A stretch of 64,000 bases of DNA, from positions 608,001 to 672,000 of the forward strand of contig CM000434.1 in the NCBI GenBank assembly GCA_000165345.1. Direction: 5' to 3'. The notes beneath the pieces are model-generated. The model saw nothing but the letters and a program-made list of their open reading frames with translations, did no database searches and was not told where the DNA came from. How positions within the stretch are numbered: the first letter of the stretch is position 1; every line of letters begins with the position of its first letter. Below are positions 59,512 through 64,000 of the stretch, in pieces. Both the position numbers and the translations under genes were made by a program.

Positions 59512-60835
59512 TTAATATAATGCTAAATACTTACTTTCTATATTTTGTTTTAAAATAATATCGGGAGGAAGTCTTTTAATTACTTTTAATATATAGTTTG
59601 TGATTCCCAGATAAGTAAACCAATGTTTGAATTTCTTAATCTGTTCAAATTTGAATTTTAATTCATCTTCACTGAGTGAGTTTAAAATATCGAATAAATC
59701 TTCAATCTGAGAGATATGGATAACTATTCCAAGTCTCTCCATTAAATTCCCATATGGAATCCAATTTACATCGTCCCAAATATATATTGGAATAGTTCCT
59801 AATTGAACTGATTCATATAGTCGAAAAGAAGTTCTTCCGAACCCTCTAGGACATAAATGAAAAGTTGAACGTTGAATTACTTGTTTGAACTGATCTCCTT
59901 GATAGTGAATAAATTGGTTTGTTACATTTTCTAAAACCTTAAAGGGGGTAATTTTATCCAACATTTCATCAGTCACATTATAATATGAAAAAGTCTCAAA
60001 TAATTTTTTCCTAACAGGGAAGTGTTTTTTAACAATAGTTGAAGATACCCAAATATCCTTTTTTGCTTTAAGTCCTTCATATTGAAGTTCGCCTTTAATT
60101 AATGGTATAGGAACTTGTTTAAATCCAGTGGTTGCTCCTCCAGCATTGAATACTATTAGATTTGACATGGACATAAATTTCAATTTAGACTTTTTAAATC
60201 CTTCTGCATCCTATATTGAGTTAGAGTTATAAAAATGATTGAATATTTGGAATAATACCAAATATTTTAAAGCTTACCTGTAGTACAGTAAAATACATTG
60301 TTTCATTTTTAAGTGAATTTAATACATCCTGAGCTTCTTTTTTCCATTCTTTCTTTAAATCAAGCTCAACCTTATTTCTATGAATTGAAGTCCAAAATAT
60401 TGGGATGTAAACTGGAGGAATAGGTTCAGATTCATTACATACTTTGATTTGTTTTGTTGAATACTGTGTAATCCAATTGCAAAAGACTCCATCTTCTATC
60501 CATGGTCCCATATATCCTGAATAGTTTGTATTTAGTCTAGGCCTTAAATTTTTGGTTAGGTTGAAAATTCGGATTTGTTCATCACTTAAACATATTTCTG
60601 TGGTATTATCTCTATTTTGTTTTGTTATATTTTGCAAGTTTATTTGATCCAAATTTCCATCAAAATTCAAATTGCAGTCCAAATAGTCAAACTGAGGATA
60701 GTTTTCCAGGAAGAAACTCCTTGGATTATTATTGCTAGGAAATTCTTGGATGTACAGGTAAATTATTATTCCACCGGTAATTATTAGCATGCATGCAAAT
60801 TCTAATAAAATTAGAAAATTGCATGACAATTTCAT
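59512..60835 (-). CDS. Exostosin-like glycosyltransferase (GT47 family, type II membrane topology), two exons: 60278..60835 and 59512..60210, with a 67-bp intron at 60211..60277
   Basis: ATG is the revcomp of cat at 60833-60835. The signal-anchor is MKLSCNFLILLEFACMLIITGGIIIYLYI. The donor is CTACAG|GTAAGC and the acceptor AATATAG|GATGCAGAAGG, in frame (...YFTVLQ|DAEGFKKSKLKFMSMSNLIVFNAGG...). The downstream exon carries the exostosin/GT47 C-terminal signature STFHLCPRGFGRTSFRLYESVQLGTIPIYIWDD. The ORF track splits this gene into two ORFs, the second starting with a TTG. Confidence 0.7.
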
Positions 60836-61350
60836 TTTCTAATATTTTTTGGAAGAAAAAAATGATTTTTTTTTTAAGAAAAAAAAAAATTTAAATCTTT
60901 TTAGGAAAAATAATATCTCTTGCCACTGTCACTTTTATAACCTTTTCAGTATAATTTTATTCCTTTCTGAATCAATATTTAACTCAAACACTCTTTTCTT
61001 GAAGTTTAGAAATATCATCTACACTTTGTTCAATTACTCTTATTTTTCAAAAATATTATTTCTATATTCTAGAAATACTTCCAGTTCAATGCTTTAAAAT
61101 ATTTTGTTTCTTTTGAAATATTTTTTTTTAATTAAATTAATTTTTGTATTACGTGTCATATTATGATACCTTTTAGTAACGCGTACATGTAATCTTTAAA
61201 TATTATTTTTTCGAATTAATGTGGACGCCCCCAATTAATAAGGAAAAAAAAAATAAAATAAAAAAAATTTTAAAAAAATTTTAAATAAATAAAATTTAAT
61301 ATTTTAAAAATTCTACAAATTAATAGTGTTTGTGAAAGAATACTATTGAA

Positions 61351-62110
61351 ATGCAAAGCCAAGAAATGAGACCTTTGGAAACTTCATCAGAAAGATCTGG
61401 CGAGGTTGTGGGTAAGTTAAATTCCGTGCATACGTATGTGGGGTTAAAATAATTTACAAAAATCTCAGAAAATTCAACTAAAGCAATGGAAGTAAAATTA
61501 GAGGAGAACTCTGAGCCAATGACTCCGAACTATGTTGTTTTCTTAAGAGAACTATTTGTGGGAATGATTGGGGTGCATGCACTATATATTTTTGTAAATT
61601 TCATATTCAGGAACTACCCTGGTTCATTATTATCTCTATTACTGTAAGTTTAATAATATTAAGACATTTAATAATAAAATATTTATACTTTTTTTTAGTA
61701 CAATTTCTGCAATTTATACCCATTTTGACAGAAGAGTTGCGACTTATTCATTAAATACAGGTATAGAACTTCTATTGGGAATTACAATAGGATTGTCAGG
61801 TAAGTTATTTGGTTATTTTTAGTTAAAAATAGATTATTTATATTAATTTATCTTAACTTATAGTTTACTCTCCAGTCCAAGGTTTCGAAAAGTATTTTAA
61901 CGATTCAAACTTAAAGGTGAGTTAGGAAAAAGGATTTGAGTTTTTTTTTTAAAGAATTTCTAATTAAACTATTAATTTTAATCTATTTTACAGAGAGTAA
62001 CTCTTCCTCAACTTGTTTATTGTGCTTTATTTGCATTAATTTCCATTATTTTGGCACGTTTTGAGTACAAATTCAACCAGAAGAGAATAATTAATTCAAA
62101 AAGAACATGA
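61351..62110 (+). CDS. Small polytopic membrane protein encoded by a five-exon gene (approximate exons 61351..61411, 61469..61643, 61699..61799, 61864..61916, 61994..62110)
   Basis: Not in the ORF track. The donors are GTAAGT, GTAAGT, GTAAGT and GTGAGT, and the acceptors are poly-T plus AG, all read from the sequence. The spliced frame is continuous: MQSQEMRPLETSSERSGEVVENSTKAMEVKLEENSEPMTPNYVVFLRELFVGMIGVHALYIFVNFIFRNYPGSLLSLLLTISAIYTHFDRRVATYSLNTGIELLLGITIGLSVYSPVQGFEKYFNDSNLKRVTLPQLVYCALFALISIILARFEYKFNQKRIINSKRT*, with about 4 hydrophobic helices. The family is unknown. The start could instead be the ATG in exon 2 (MEVKLEE...). Confidence 0.4.
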
Positions 62111-62220
62111 AATTATTTAAAACATCTTTTTTAATTTGTTTATTTAATTTTAATAAAAAAAATGGAAGAAGTCAATTGAATAAGTATTTAGTACGTGGAA
62201 GCTTGTTTATGTTACATGAC

Positions 62221-62255
62221 TTGCATGTAAAATTGCATGTAAACACCGGTATATG
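62221..62255. promoter_or_regulatory. Composite upstream element: two TGCATGTAAA boxes followed by AAACACCGGTATATG, the reverse complement of the 15-mer at 53433
   Basis: ttgcatgtaaaattgcatgtaaacaccggtatatg at 62221-62255, read directly. It lies about 140 bp upstream of the 62394 ATG and about 110 bp downstream of the small 5-exon gene. Confidence 0.45.
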
Positions 62256-62393
62256 AGTTTATTTACTAAATATTGACTAGTTATTAAGGATGATTAATTA
62301 ATTCTATAATTTCTTGAATAAAACATATATATATAATTTTTTTTTTGGAATAAAATTAGTTATTAGATTAGAATTGAATCTAAGTATTCGAGT

Positions 62394-63659
62394 ATGAACC
62401 TACATAATGATTTAACAAGTGGTAAAGCAGTAAAGTTCCAATTACTTGCCTTTGGATTGTCAATATTAATATTCATGGGAGGAACTTTTTATATGTTAAT
62501 AAATTCAAGCAGAAACCTTGAGAATGGAAAACAGAGAATTTTTCTCGAGTTAGAAGAGAAAGATATAACAAATCAAAAAAGCTTGGACGAATTAGATAAG
62601 CTAAATGACTCGATGCTCAGAATTTCACTTAAGTTGTCAGAAAGCAAAGATATGTTTGATACCATTGGTGCTTCAATTAATAAAATTGCCAAATATGTGG
62701 AAGCAAATGAAAAGAATATGACAGCAAAAGAATTTATTATTAAAGAAGAGTCAAAGAATGGCTTTGTTTTGGATTCAGTGTTGTTTCCATGTAAATATAG
62801 TTTTGATGGCCCGATATATATATTACTTACTACTACCCCAAAAAGAATTGATAACTTGGGTAAGTATTTGGACTTATTACATAAACAGACTTATGGGATT
62901 AAGGAAGTGATTTTATCCATTCCATACATTTTTGAAAGGACAGGAGAAGAGTATCCACCAATTCCAGGTTATTTGCAAGATAAAAATAGATTTCCTTTAC
63001 TGAGAATTTTAAGGGGAAAAGACTACGGTCCAGCAACAAAATTTCTATTACCAATAGAGATTGGGAATATTCCAGAAGATTCAGGACTGGTAATATTGGA
63101 TGATGATACAAGATATTCAAGACATCTAGTTTGCGATTATATTTATATACACGAAAAATTTCCAGAAGCAGCTTTAGGTAGAAGAGGACAGGCTTTTCAC
63201 GATAAATGCGATCCAACATATAGAACAGATAGAACTCACAGAGTAAGTCACGATCAAAAGAGTGCAAATTTTGTTATTAGAAGCGTAGATCTCCTGAGTG
63301 GAGTTGGAACATATTTTATTCAAAAAAAGTTCATTAGTAAGGATATTTTAACTCTAAAGAATAATTGTCCTACAGAAACTATCAATCATATGTTCTTTAC
63401 TGATGATATTTTGATTTCAGGTTATCTTGCATACAAGAACATTTCAAGGATTGCATTTTCAGATGAGCTTTCAATAGAAGATTTGAATCGACCATATTTG
63501 TTAGGATCTGGTCCTGGAGCTCTTTGGGATATTAATAAGGAAACCTTTCATAATGACAATAGTACAGCAGCATTTGGTTTATATTGGGGATGTAGGAACA
63601 AAGATACAATAGTAAGCAAGCATGGAGAGATACTTTGTAGGTGGAGAAACGAAGTTTGA
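62394..63659 (+). CDS. Type II membrane protein with a DDD (DxD-like) motif; putative Golgi/ER glycosyltransferase-like protein
   Basis: ATG at 62394. The N-terminal signal-anchor is VKFQLLAFGLSILIFMGGTFYMLI, followed by a coiled stem. The globular domain includes YILLTTTPKRIDNLGKYLDLL...GLVILDDDTRYSRH (a Rossmann-like beta-strand start plus DDD). The family is not assignable by eye. Confidence 0.45.
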   Translation: MNLHNDLTSGKAVKFQLLAFGLSILIFMGGTFYMLINSSRNLENGKQRIFLELEEKDITNQKSLDELDKLNDSMLRISLKLSESKDMFDTIGASINKIAKYVEANEKNMTAKEFIIKEESKNGFVLDSVLFPCKYSFDGPIYILLTTTPKRIDNLGKYLDLLHKQTYGIKEVILSIPYIFERTGEEYPPIPGYLQDKNRFPLLRILRGKDYGPATKFLLPIEIGNIPEDSGLVILDDDTRYSRHLVCDYIYIHEKFPEAALGRRGQAFHDKCDPTYRTDRTHRVSHDQKSANFVIRSVDLLSGVGTYFIQKKFISKDILTLKNNCPTETINHMFFTDDILISGYLAYKNISRIAFSDELSIEDLNRPYLLGSGPGALWDINKETFHNDNSTAAFGLYWGCRNKDTIVSKHGEILCRWRNEV

Positions 63660-63819
63660 TGTATTCCAGATCAAATAAACATCAATTTAAGTCTGAAGAA
63701 TCGTAATGCCTTTATTTTTTTTTTTTTAATAGCTTTAAGGGAATACTTTTAAATTAAAAAGTAATTTCTTGATTCATTAAAGAACTGATAATTGTGTTAA
63801 TGATAAAAAAAATGGAAGG

Positions 63820-64000
63820 TCATTCTTGGTCATTTAAAATCTCGATCTCAGCCTCATTCTCAGATAAGTTGGAATCTTCAACTATATCATCTTCTTCATC
63901 GAAATCAATACTATCTTCCTCGTCATCATCATCATCTTCCAAGTACATAACTTTTGATGTTGAAGCTCTAGAAGGTCTTTTTCTTTTTGACCTATTATTT
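63820..64000 (-). CDS. 3' end of a minus-strand gene running off the right edge (acidic C-terminus)
   Basis: The minus-strand frame reads ...NRSKRKRPSRASTSKVMYLEDDDDDEEDSIDFDEEDDIVEDSNLSENEAEIEILNDQE*, with the TGA stop at 63820-63822. The start lies outside the window. Confidence 0.4.
   Translation of the reverse strand, partial: NNRSKRKRPSRASTSKVMYLEDDDDDEEDSIDFDEEDDIVEDSNLSENEAEIEILNDQE

Noticed and set aside
60849-61097. 82-aa ORF in poly-A/T-rich DNA
   Set aside because: It is low-complexity homopolymer-rich intergenic sequence between the GT47 gene start and the small 5-exon gene.
1-64000. Prokaryotic-type features (CRISPR arrays, operons, IS elements, rRNA)
   Set aside because: There are no direct-repeat/spacer arrays, no rRNA-like conserved blocks and no transposase-like ORFs. 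The gene content (spliceosomal introns, SR protein, SF3A2, kinesin, ApiAP2) is unambiguously eukaryotic.

Overview
This is a eukaryotic window, not a prokaryotic one. It is AT-rich and very gene-dense, with about 35 protein-coding genes in 64 kb, mostly single-exon with a few short (52-74 bp) GT..AG introns. An ApiAP2 DNA-binding domain gene and recurrent E2F-like TTGGCGCCAA and TGCATGC boxes 50-150 bp upstream of start codons point to a compact apicomplexan genome that is Cryptosporidium-like. That organism call is an inference; no database search was possible. Genes I can support directly from the translations are: ERCC1 (partial, at the left edge, absent from the ORF track), VAP/MSP-domain protein, DNAJB6-like Hsp40, Rad3-family Fe-S helicase (RTEL1/FANCJ-like), ApiAP2, ER FKBP ending in SDEL, Cid1-type nucleotidyltransferase, SR splicing factor, OTU deubiquitinase, RCC1-repeat protein, N-kinesin, Elongin C (two exons, missed by the track), SRP14 (two exons, missed), RagA/Gtr1 GTPase (two exons), METTL13-like dual methyltransferase, SF3A2, a sucrose-phosphatase-like HAD hydrolase (two exons), a GT47 exostosin-like glycosyltransferase (two exons) and a second type-II-membrane GT-like protein. 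Many ORF-track 'M' starts are really TTG or GTG; I moved those to the first in-frame ATG where I could. The most interesting candidates are: a large AT-hook nuclear protein with a divergent MT-A70-like (DPPY...LWVST...KKWRYRG) methyltransferase signature; a TPX2-motif protein; a plant-like sucrose-phosphatase-family gene; a small cluster of glycosyltransferase-like and small membrane-protein genes; shared promoter motifs including an exact 15-mer with an ACCGGT core in two promoters; and several gene-model problems (an 8-bp gap between OTU and the next gene, an overlapping convergent stop pair, unannotated spliced mini-genes). I found no rRNA, tRNA, CRISPR array or transposon.
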